The position numbers and the translations under genes are program-made. Shown here in pieces: positions 39,440-51,377 of a stretch of DNA of 64,000 nt (position 1 is the stretch's first letter; each line of letters starts with the position of its first letter). Source of the stretch: Phallusia mammillata (Eukaryota). Location of the stretch: the NCBI GenBank assembly GCA_965637545.1, contig OZ281497.1:1054001-1118000 (forward strand), in the 5' to 3' direction. A model generated the notes under the pieces. The model saw only the letters and a program-made list of their open reading frames with translations. It was not told where the DNA came from and ran no database searches.

Positions 39440-39520
39440 AACTACGTTCATTATCTCGATGCCAAATTTACAACGAAGAAACAATGACGTCACGTAATCT
39501 CGCGCCCACAGAGCTTAAAA
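39440..39520 (-). promoter_or_regulatory. Probable ARF core promoter with CRE motif
   Basis: CpG-rich patch containing TGACGTCA (~39485) and TCTCGCG ~350 bp upstream of the ATG. Confidence 0.45.
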
Positions 39521-41268
39521 TTATATTTTAGCAGTAGGGAGCTAATGTTTTAAAATAGTAAATTAGCACCCAGTTTTAAAAAAATATTTATTAACTGAAG
39601 AATCAATGTGACTGATATAAATTAACGCATTTCGCGCATACTTTCAACTAGGTAGACGTTATGTTTCATTGTTACCAGTTTGCATTAAAATTGTGCAACT
39701 TGCATTAAAAGCTATTTTGTGAAGACATGTCCCTAATTTGCCTCTAAAATCTGTTTTTGAATACCTGAATATCTTCATTGTCAACTCAGCTAAATTGTAC
39801 AACAACTCGATTAAATTTTACTTATGTATTGCTGGAAATTAAAACTGTTTGAGTCTAACCAAAATAACTGCAATAAAACTGGAAACAAAAAGAACTTCTC
39901 AATGTTTTCAGGACACTGTATTTATAAACACGGGACAAAACTACTACACGATAACGGAAAATTATAAAAAATTAGAAAACTTCAGATTTGCTGCTAACAT
40001 TTTTCTAGAGGGGCAGCACAGGCATCAAAAGTTCAAGGGGCAAAACTTTAAAAAAGCATAAAACTTGTGCAGTGTTGGTTTCTCATCAGGTCGCTTGCTG
40101 TCGACTAGGCACTTCATGCACAAAGCACACAGCAACACAAGTTATGTAAGCAATGAACTATCGGAAACAAGCCAACCACGGTGAGAAATTCAAATGTACC
40201 AGAGCTGTGCCAGAGAAAAACATTTTTGTCCAATATTTTCTACATGTGGAGTGATATTTGGCAAATATTCATGATAAATCATTAAAGGAAGAGCGTCGGT
40301 GTTGGTATATATTTGAATGTGCACTTTTGAGATATTATTTTGCCCTGAGGCATAATTCTCAGGTGAGTCTCGTTCCACAAAATATGGTTTTCACATTGAA
40401 TTATCTCCCAAACATCACAACATGACCTTTCTTCAAAAAAAAAAGCAATTTTCCCAACCATGCCCGGAATGGTATCACTGACATAAACTCATTATGACAT
40501 CATAATACAAAGCAGAGGTTATTCAGGGTCAGACTGCATGTGCACAGTGGTGATGTGACACCACTACAGACAAGTTATGCCAAAATACTTGTATTATTAA
40601 ATGTGGCATTGGATGAAGTAGTGCTGTGTTGTTGCTACTTGAAGTAACATAGCAACACTTCTGTGCCAAGTAAAACTTCAATGTTAAATACAAAAATCAA
40701 CCGTATGTTAAGCAATCTAGCACGAAACAAGATAATTAGGTGCTGATAGAAAAACGCCAGGTTTGTTGGCACAGTGCCAACTTTAACTGTGAACACCAAC
40801 GAGATAATGAGGTTCTTATGCTTGCATGACATGCGTTATAATAATGGGGCAGTGTGCAGTCTGTAGGCTATTGTGTACCAGAAGCTGTATTGGAGACAGT
40901 AAGGTTTTGTTTCATTTTCAAAATGACAATTTTTCCCGTATTAATGAAAATAGTGGAGGTTTTTGAGTCAATATACAAAAAACTTAAATAGGATTGTTTA
41001 GTGTGAGGAATATATTGGACACCTGGAAACACTTTTGTTGTCAGTCACAATACCACATACTTATCACAAAAGTTAAATACTTGACAAAAGGTTCCAAAAG
41101 TGACCATTGATTTAATTATGGGTGTTTCAAGCAATAGGTTTTGTTTTGCTTGGGTTTTCCGGAATGAGTGACCCACCAAGAACTGCACCAACACTTGATG
41201 GCGTGTCAGTAATCTCATGAACAGCTCATGAATGAATCCACATTTGGTTGCTTTCAGTGTATGAGGTG

Positions 41269-44200
41269 TTAGTTGTCCGAGACCACTTCAATAAGTCGCG
41301 GCTTTTTTCGGGCAGGTTCACTCGCAAAGTCTTCTTTCACTGTGTCAGACTTTATTTCATCTACTTTTACGTCAATTGTCTCTTTGACAGGAACTATTTC
41401 AACCTTCTCTTTGCTCTCATCCAGTTTTGTGTCGCCTGACGAACTGTCGTCGTCCGAGTCATCATCAGAATAATCCACCAACCCGACGAGTCCGTTCTTC
41501 ACAGCCACAGGTTTTGCATCAGCAGCTAGGCTTGATTTCTCGGTGGACTCGATGCCATTTGCATGGTTGGTTTTTGATTCAGCAGCAAGCCGCTCATTAA
41601 GTTTGTCAATGTCAGCTTGTTTTTTCTTTGATTGGTCATTTTCAGAAGGTTTTTCTGCCTCTAAAATGCTGTCGATGTTGATTTTTGGGGTTTCGGCATC
41701 AAATGAGTCTGACTCAGCAGAAAAGTTCATTTCTCCTGAGTCATCCTCGCCATCGTCTTTTTCAAACCACATCTCCTCGTCCTCATCCATGGCTCTCGCA
41801 TCCCGACGATATCTATTGTTTCTCCCTCCTCCCTCAGCACCATCAGTCAAGCCCAGTCTGTGATTTTCACGATGTTTCTGCTGCTCATAGCGGAGTTTTA
41901 ATCCACTAAAGGTCTTCACATAATCGATCAATTCCAACTTCTTGTAGTGCTGCTCCACCACATGAGTGATGAGGGATTTAATGTCCTCGATCCGAATGAA
42001 CTCGAACATCTCGAGGATCGCAGAATTGATGAGGTTGTATCTTTTGCCCGACTCAAATAAAGCATCTACAACCGGCTTCATAAGATCTCCTTTGATGATA
42101 TAGCGGTTGTAAAAATCATCGATGGTGCTGATTATTTTCCTCATAAACCTCAGGGATGCAAGAGCTAGAAAAATGTGCTTGGAGTTCAGAAGGACGAGGA
42201 CTCGTCTGAGAAGATCCTTGTTTAGAATGTAGTTTTTTACATGATACGTATGATGCTCAACTGAAAACGTGATGAGGTCGAGAATGAGGCTTAGGAGGTG
42301 GGCTGTTTGGTAATCATCCTTGCCTGGCTTCTTTTCATCGGCAGTGTTGGCAAGTAACGGAGCCATTAACACATGCATGCAGTTTTTGTAAAAAAAGCCA
42401 AGGAATTCAGTCTTCTCATTTTTGTTTGCCATCATGTTCTCGGGATCGAGGAGCACCCGGAGCAATCCAGTGAGCTGCATCGCACAACTTAATTCCGGAT
42501 CAGGATCATAGATCATTTGCTCGATGACGAGGTTGAGAAGGAAAAGATCTTCATCTCCGTTGGTGTCTGTGCGAGCCTCATCCATCTCCTTGTGTGCAAA
42601 ATCCCGCACCATAGAGGGACTGTGCTCAACCACATGGGCGAACATGTCAATTGCAAGTCGATGGAGTTGGGGGTCCTCTCCTGCGAGCAAGGATTCGACC
42701 CCTTGTAAAATACCAAGCTCTCCAAGTTTAATGAAGAACTCATCTCTGGGAGCTGGCTGAAGGGTTTGGGATAACGAACAAAGCTCACGAATGAAGCCGG
42801 CTACTTCGCGACGCTGGCTGTCGTTCAGATTGTCGTCACGAAGTTGAGTGAAAAGGGTTTTCAGGAGGTTTTCATCGTCTTGTACCATGTTTACTATTTC
42901 AATCTACATTATAAAAACAATATATTTTATCTTGCAATAAAATTAGAGCCAGTATTTGCGAAAAAAGCATGATTATGTTTCAACAATTTTGCTCAGAACA
43001 TTCAAAACCATGCATTGTGTGTCTAAATATAATTTATCTTGCAATGAAACTTAATATAGATTAACAGGCAGTATAGAGTAATTCAACATTCACTACTTTC
43101 AAAATGGTCATTTTTTGGCCCTTTACACTGTTTTACCCCAATGATTTTTTATGTGTGTACGTTTAATGCAGTGGAATATTCATTACTTTTAAATCTTGCA
43201 TTAAACAGTGTGTTTAACAAACATTTTGTTTGTATAAGTTCAATGCGGTAGAATGCACAAAACAACTTACCTTGTTGAAAAATATGAGTGAACTGAGAGT
43301 AGAAAGGGTGTTTTCCTCAAACACAGATGGTGTTGGAAGCACGACGTCCTGAATGTACTGGAGTCGAAACGTCTGGTGGATTTTCTTTTTCAGATTTGGA
43401 TTTTCTATGGGCACCACTTCTTTAAAGTTGACTTCTTGTAACAAATATTCCCGATGTTTCCTCGGTTCACGCAGAGCTGGGTCGTATTCCAAGCAACCCA
43501 CAACCTCCATAATGTTGGAATCTTGCAGTAAAACATCGAACAAACCAGTCCTGTTTAGTAGGAAAATCCCCTTCATGATTTCATAAAGCCGATGCAGGCC
43601 ATCAGTATTTTCCAAATCCTCGCAGGTTCGGAATAAGGAGAGAAGTTTTGGAATGTAATCTGACTCCTCGATTGCCCGCACAAGTTGGTCCCGTCGAACG
43701 AGGGACGATAAAGCTATTGTGAAAAGTTCTGCAATCTCATCGAGTTCCCCGAGTTCACAGGCTGGGAGGTTGTATGGGGAAGCAGATTGACGCTGTAACG
43801 AGTCGGCGCTGTCATCGAGGCGACTGGATGAGAGCTCGTCGTCGTCATCACCATCATCAACAACATCCTGAGTAATTTCAACCGAAGGATCTTTGCCTTG
43901 CACCTGATAAAAAACAGAAACATGATTTAAAACTACAGACTAAGCAGTAGAAATAAATATAAAAGTGACTTTACATATCAGTATTCAGATAATGTATTTA
44001 TGTGACAAACATGATTCATACAAGTGGCTTCCTAATATTGCCCTGTGGCAAAAAAAAAAAAAAATATTTTTCCACTACAAATATTGTCCATCTCAACTTT
44101 ACGGGAATGTGATTCTTACTTACATTTTCGTAGAAGACCAAGTATTGTTAAAAATGAAAGGTATGATTAAATACATGACCAGATAAAATGAAAATACATC

Positions 44201-44551
44201 ATCACAACATTCTCTTGGCTTGCGGTAAAAAACTTCCAAGAACATAAAACTCACATGGCAAATTTTTTCCCAGATTTCATCACAGCCGGCTCGCTCCTGA
44301 AAGCTGAGAGCAAGATCTGTGCTTTCACCTTCCGACCAAACTATGAGGGTTTCCTGTTGTTTCTGGTATGCTGTATCGGGAAGAATTTGAGATTCTAGCA
44401 GGAGAGAGCCGTCCTGCTCAGCTCGAACAATCAGCGTCATGCCCTTCAGACTTTCTACATATGCTGATGATACATGGCCTGTTCCTCGATCGTCCCATTG
44501 TCGTTCATCGTTCAATGTGTACACCTTTACTCTTCGGCGCGTATCAGCCAT
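41269..44551 (-). CDS. PPP4R3: Protein phosphatase 4 regulatory subunit 3 (SMEK/Falafel)
   Basis: EVH1-like start [25 protein letters not shown]-1 region ([31 protein letters not shown]), [27 protein letters not shown], acidic tail; three coding exons. An in-frame upstream ATG also exists at 44566. Confidence 0.97.
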
Positions 44552-44589
44552 TTCAAGGTGCACCATTCACTTGATTCTGTTTTAGTGGT

Positions 44590-47500
44590 TTAGTTTTTCG
44601 TGGAGCTGCTTCTGTTTACACAAATCTTCGTTGGAACAAACAATTGCGAGTCTTCAGTGTTTTGACGCTTGTTCGTTTTTACTGTACCCGATTTATTGAT
44701 ACATTTTAGGTCCCAAGGCAAAGTGATAGGTTCTAATCGACCACAAATGTTTTCTATCAGTTCCTGAAGTAAACTGTTACTGGGATTTCTAACAAATCCA
44801 ACAGTCGAGGCTCTTTTAAGGTCGAGCAACTTGCAGAGATGGTTGCTTAAATCAGGAACGCAGCCTGCTTTGATATTGTGGGTGGATGAGAGCAACAGAA
44901 TATGGTTGATAGCATTCAACGGTTTGATCGAACGACAACAAAGTACCAGGGAAAGCTCGTTTCGTTCCAAACCCTTGGTAACTTCACGAATTCCAAACAC
45001 TACTTGCTTTCTGAAACAAAACAAAATAGGTTTGCTGGCTTAAAAATGTTTGTTCAGTGGAAAATTCCTTATAGACGTGAGGATTGAATGCCTTGATATT
45101 TCCTATTATTTAGAAGCAATAAACATAAATTTGAGAGTTGAGTCTACTGTACATGAACAACTGTGTGGGATTTAAAATTGCTACAAGAGCAAATTTCACA
45201 CAAACAGATGGTTCACACCATGCTAGAACTTCACATTTCTGCTGCGCTCCTTTTTAATTATCATTTTTAGGAAACCCTTATTTCACACTTTTTATCCATC
45301 TTTTATGTGACTCCAGTGGCAAATTGTTTGTGTAAATACTAGGATATTTGTGTTAAAATGAATAAAAGTGTCTGGTATATCGACATAAATTAAGTGTTAC
45401 AGTAAATTATAATCATATTGTATTGGTATCAAACCTCTATAACAGGGGTGGGCAACCTTTGTTACTGTAGGGCCAATTATAAATGTCAAAATTGGATCGA
45501 GGGCCGCACATGTTCATCACACAAAGTGATTTTGCTTTGTTTCTTACCAAATATGCTTAACTGCAAGTATAATTCGTATTTGATTCTAGCCACATTTTGT
45601 CAGATCGCAGAAAACTAGCATCAGGCGCATTAATCAGCTCAAAAACATGTACTAATTGGACTCGCTTGCCAGTACTTTTAAAATCCAAGCGTCTCTGCGG
45701 GCCGCACCAGCTTTAATGAAGGGCCCGCGGCCACAGGTTGCCCACCCCTGCTTTATAACATCTCAAAAGGCAAGTTTGGGTATTACACAGCTGACAATGC
45801 AGCAATCATCTGAAGTTGCAGGAATAATGCATGTTGGGGTTTTTGCACGATGCAACAAACAGCAAACCTTATTCACCCCTGGACAGCAAAATATCATAAC
45901 AACGTGATTCATTTCCCCAGCTATGTAAACATTGGATGAAACACATCAGAAAAGAAAGTGTTACTTCATGTCACAGAATCTATTTATATCATCACGTCTC
46001 TTTCTGTAATTTGCTTTAAAAAAAGTTCACAGCAAAATCAACTGCATGGGGACCATAGAGAGACTGATATGTTTTTTACTGATATATTTTATTGGTACTT
46101 AAGTAGGCCGACAACTGATATTTTATTTGCAGTATACCATTTATATTTTTTAACGTCCAAAACTTTAAGTTGTTTACCAGGCCAGCATTCTGTGATTATA
46201 GGATAGAGTATCAAAAACTAGTAGTTCGAAGGCCATGCTTTGCTATCATAGCTAAAAAAATGAACGATATCATCTGTGTAACACTACAACTAACAAAAGC
46301 CATGTCAGAGCATCACAGCTTTCAACCTTGATTTGCCTTGATGCCGATTAGTGACTAGACAATGCTTTAAGGCGAGACCCAGTTGCATCAAGCAAAATAA
46401 ACATAGTTGTCATTTATCAGCCAAAAAGTGACAAAAAGGCTGATACCAATAATCGTTAATATGTCGAATATCGGTCTATCCCTAATGAGAACAGAAACCT
46501 GGACACTTTTTTTAGGTTTAGCAGTTTATGCTGTAATAGTTTTTATGTTGTAACTATAGGTGGCATATTTCTTGGTATAAACTCACCCCAATATATCTTT
46601 CAGTTGAGTGATCACTGGTTTATCAATAGCGCCACTTTCTAAAAGAGTTTTCTCGTTACAGATTGACGTAAAAAATCTGTAAATCGTACAGAATGTTATT
46701 AAAAAAGGGTTAAAATATATTTCTCCTAAAACAAAAAAAATATTATCAATAATTAAAAAACACAATTTATGAGATTGTGGCAATGAGACTGCAGTATGTA
46801 TTGACTAATTCTTTTGGTTATCATAACAGTATACACTACTGAAAAAAGAATTTTGTGTAATTTCATATCGGTTTATGTAATTGGCAAACAATCATTTTGT
46901 TTACTTGATTATATAGAACAGTTTACCAACACTTAAAATTAACAAAAATCTATAAAACAAGCTTAATAAATGATCTAATATCTTTACCACAATTTTATTG
47001 TAAAATAACCAAAAATCAAACTCCCAAAATTAAAGTAAGTTTAATAACACAATACATAAACATACTTGTTGGTCTCAGATAGAATGTAAGGAGCAGTTCC
47101 CTTGTGGAGTTGGGGCCTGAGAGAAATTATAAAAGAGTTTAAGGAAAGCAAAATGTGAAATGATCGCTATCAGAAGGTCTTTGGCTGAACAATGTGTGCA
47201 TTAAAGTAAGGAGAAAATGCAAGCAGCTTCAGGGAGCAGTGTTGTAGTAATTACATTATGCAATACTTGGTTTGGGTAGGTCATGCACTTTGAGAAAATC
47301 GATGTCTACAAATGACAAAGTTTAAAAGGTAAGTTGTTAATTGTTTCAAATTGACCAAGTTGATTGTACTGGAAACTTGACTGCAAAACATTTCTCCGTT
47401 TTTTTAGAATCAGCAACATGGCAGATATTTGTAAATCTATATTCTATGTTGAAAATAAAGTGGAGCGGCTGTGCTGAGGATTGTCTAAATTCAGTATATA

Positions 47501-48066
47501 TATATATGTTTGTATTTGCCAAGAACGGATGGTGTAGAATACAAATCTTTTTAAACTAAAAATATGTATTTAAACTGCATGACAATGTTTGCTTTACAAC
47601 TTTTATTACACTGCATAACTATGGATGTATTTTTATAATTCATGTCATTCAAATGCCATGATTATGTACTTAAGACACACAGACATGGACTTTTTTACAG
47701 CAGACTTGATAAGAGTAAACATTTTACAACACCACACCTACTGTAAGAAAGTTAATTTTAAATTTGTTTATGGAATTCAATAGAAAATGTTACACATAAT
47801 GAGTTACAGCCAATTGGAGCAATCAGCTAGTTTGTAGTCGAAGTGAAAAACAACTTACTTGTATAAATGTGCTGGCCCAAAAAAATTGCTGTAAAACTTT
47901 ATCATTTTCACTTGGAGTTTCCTTACTATTAGTTTTGTTAGGTTTTAGAAATCCGCATCAAGTTTTAAACTTACCAGGAGATAAGATAGGGATGAAGCAA
48001 AGAGCTTTTCAACACAACTTTGTGCTCACGTTGCTTGATTGCTCCTACTGTGCCGCTCTTGGACAT
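44590..48066 (-). CDS. RPP38: Ribonuclease P/MRP subunit p38 (L7Ae family)
   Basis: Last exon KQVVFGIREVTKGLERNELSLVLCCRSIKP..HILLLS..AGCVPDLS..LPW; first exon MSKSGTVGAIKQREHKVVLKSSLLHPYLIS at 48066 matches the RPP38 N-terminal motif; middle exons only partly resolved (~46585-46680). Confidence 0.85.
45443..45750. mobile_element. hAT (Charlie-like) MITE family A
   Basis: TIRs caggggtgggcaac / gttgcccacccctg; TSD ctctataa / ctttataa. Confidence 0.9.
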
Positions 48067-50401
48067 ATCGAAACCATTTTACTCTATGTTTAACTCATAC
48101 AATACCCCTGCAATGCAACGTAAAGATGTAAACACATGTTGTGTTAAATTGTACAACAACAATTAAAAAACTATTACAAGGACTTGGACCAACTTTATTA
48201 GTCTAAATGCCATTTTCACTTATTTCTGTAATGCCTAAGTGCAAAAGAAAAGATTACAAAAGCACTTCGCTGGAGCAACTAACCATAAAATCCTGTTGTT
48301 TCATTTTTGAACTAATACACTATTAAGTTCTGCTATTTTTTTACACACCTTAAGCAGACAGGAGATTTTAAAGTGTGTTTTATGCAATAATTAAATAGTA
48401 GGTTATGCTAATATAGCTGACAAAAGGGTTGTTAGCAAACATTGTTGGACTTAAACTACCAATAACAGTCGGACAAATTTAAAATTAGCATCAAGAGAAC
48501 AAGAGTAATTGGCCGATAGTTAGGAGAAACGCTTGTGAAAATAAATATTACTGCCAGAAATGATATATTTATACCAGAGTTATTGATTAGAAAAATACAA
48601 GTGGCATATGTGCACATAGCTTTAAATCATTCAAAAACTGCAATGGTAATACAATGGAAATTTAAGCAGAGCTATATGGTGCAGTTTAAAACAATACAAT
48701 ACACAATATGGAGGACATTAAGTTATATCAATAACTTTTTAGTTAAACATCACCCAAACCATGAAAGACAGTCAAGACCAGCCATTTGCTAAATATATGA
48801 ATATTTTTTCATGTGACTAAGCCAGGCCACATTTATCATCTCAAAACTTTTTATACATTTCCCTTTGTGACCAAACAAGTATTTTAAATAACAACATAAA
48901 CTTGACTGGCATTCGGCCCGAAGCTATCTGTAAAAATGTAAATAGTTGGATAACTTTACATGGCAACCATCAGAAGTTTGTAGGCAATTAATGTCCATGA
49001 ATATTGCTTAATAAAGAAGAGTTTTTACATATCTGATTCATAAAAATTATACAAATAAAATTTTAAATGAAATTATTGTTTAAACAACACTATAGTAGCC
49101 AGAACAAGGATCTAAAGAATATATCTTAAAATGTTTATTCAGTTTTATACAGTAGTTTTAAATAGGAGTTTTTTACACTCCAGTAAAGTGAAATCATCAT
49201 TTTTCAACAATGTGTAAAAACAGATTTCTAAGTGGACGTAACTGTACATTATAAATTGAATTCTTGAATTTTAAACATAAGTTTTATTGCTACTTTAACA
49301 TGAGGTTCTGTCAACTTATAATTTACCACAGAACGTTTGTGTTGCAAATGTAATAACTTGATATATTTTGTCCACAAGCTTAAAAACTCAATATTGTTAA
49401 GTTTTTAAAACTGTTTTTCGTTTATACGGTCAGTAATAGATTCTTTTTCAATGTTGCAAGACAACAATTTTAAAAGCCATTTATTTACAATTTTAACACA
49501 TTTTGATGTGTTTTAACTTTAAATAATTATAACACAATTTATGTTTTAAAGTAACACAACAAAACTTATGAAGTTTGCAAAATAGAATACAAATTACGCA
49601 ACATTAAAAAAAGTTTTTTTTGGTTTGGATCATGGCCAACTTAAAGTTAAATTTCTTTAATGCGGAACAACATGAAATGTATCATGAAGTAAAAGACAGA
49701 AATACCAAACAATTCTACTGACTTTCGGATTATATCTAGAGGCCTAAAGTCAGTAAAAACGGATTGAAAGTCGTTTTGTGCCAAAAAACGATTTTCTTGA
49801 AAAACGCTCTGAACTGAACGTGAGAAGAAATAAATCGACGATAAAATAATTCACAACGGTTCGAAAATACGCGAGAAGAAAAAATACTTTTTTGTCTGAT
49901 TTCTATTAACTACAATTTTATGGAAGCAAAGCATTACAAGTTCTTTGGCTTTCTGTATTTAGTTGTAGCGTTTAATTCCACACTCGTTTGTGAAAAAGTA
50001 GTTCAGAAGTTGACAAAATGGGCAAATTAATGCATGTTAAATAGTTACGATGGTTTGCCTGTTAGGTACACATTTTCTCTGGATGTGCCCTCTAGTTCCA
50101 GAAAAACTGGTTGCCATCTTTGAATAAGATTATTATCTACACTAGAGTACTTGAAATCGCAAGTCGTGTTTATTATGCTCGTTGCTTTTTGCATGCAGGA
50201 ATAACAGGCAGTTGCAGAACCATTAAGCTAGTTATTTTCCTGCAGACCGGCTTAGTTCGGCTTCAGACGTAAAGTATTCAGATTGATACACCGGTGTTGA
50301 CCTCCACTTTTTATGTTTCATTGAGTTCATCAGGATATTTTTGTGTGTGTTTTGGTGCAATGGTCGCATTATTAGAAATGTGTCTTGCAAAGTACGCCAT
50401 T

Positions 50402-50443
50402 ATCCTGATGAAGGCGTATTGTATGGGACGTCGAAACGTCGAT
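50402..50443 (+). ncRNA. Second Penelope-type hammerhead ribozyme motif (weak stem I)
   Basis: atc-CTGATGA-a-ggcgt(attgtatggg)acgtc-GAAAC-GTC-gat: intact core, 5-bp stem II, GUC cleavage triplet, only 3-bp stem I. Confidence 0.6.
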
Positions 50444-51377
50444 TTCTTATCACAAAAATTGCTGGAAGAGCAATATTCGTTTATGCATTATGACTGGCAG
50501 CGATAACTTATTTACAAAGTTCTAACGTTAGATAGATGTTTACGGCTTGGTGATTGTTTTTCTGCAATGCGTCTCAATTTGTTCCAAGTGAAATACTCCC
50601 CTTGGCTCTAATGAACTGCTTACATCTTTGCACACGACTTTTTGCATTTTAATCAAAAACATAGCTGCCAGAGAGCTTATGTATACAGAATACACCAGTT
50701 CAACAATCACTGCTGTCATCATCAGTGCAGGCGTATTATTTTTTGTATTTACTTTGTAGTTTTTGTGACACAACGCTATTGCGTGCTGTCTTTTTTTTTC
50801 AGGCACAATTGATCTTTCTGTCTCAGTGTCTCAGTTCACACACAAAAAAACTCGGCGTAAAAGCTTATAATTTTTTGTTGTACTCGTAAAATCGTCGGTG
50901 TTTGGGAAAAAGGGAGGGCGCGCGCGAAATTGGGGGGTATGTACAGCGCCACGGTCTATCGCACAGCGCCACGGTCTGTCACACACCGTCACGGTCAGCT
51001 GCAGAAGGAAAATAACGCAAGGGAACAAAAAAAGACAAAAAAAACGCAAAGAGGTAAAAATGAACGGATGCGGCTCGCACAGTTGATGGGAAATTGAGCT
51101 GGAATGATGTATCACACAACACTAGAGTTGTATTAGGGGGGAGTGAGTTGCCAGGGGGGTGCGGGGGGGAGTTGGGTCGAGTCCTGAGCACAGTTGATAG
51201 TTCTATTTCATTTCGGGAATTCCCCCTTGGGCAACCTTGGGTTTAAAGGCACCAGCGCCATCCAGTGTTCGAATGTTTGGCTCCGACGGAATATTTCCTC
51301 ATCACGGCGATTGAAAGGTCTGCTCCGGGTGATGCAGATCTGAAGTTGGGATCACTTGAATGTGGTGGAGGAGATCT

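Noticed and set aside
50119-50128. TTTGAATAAG, matching the 3' end of the Ciona spliced leader
   Set aside because: Only 10 nt match, and it is not followed by a GT donor or Sm site, so not an SL RNA gene.
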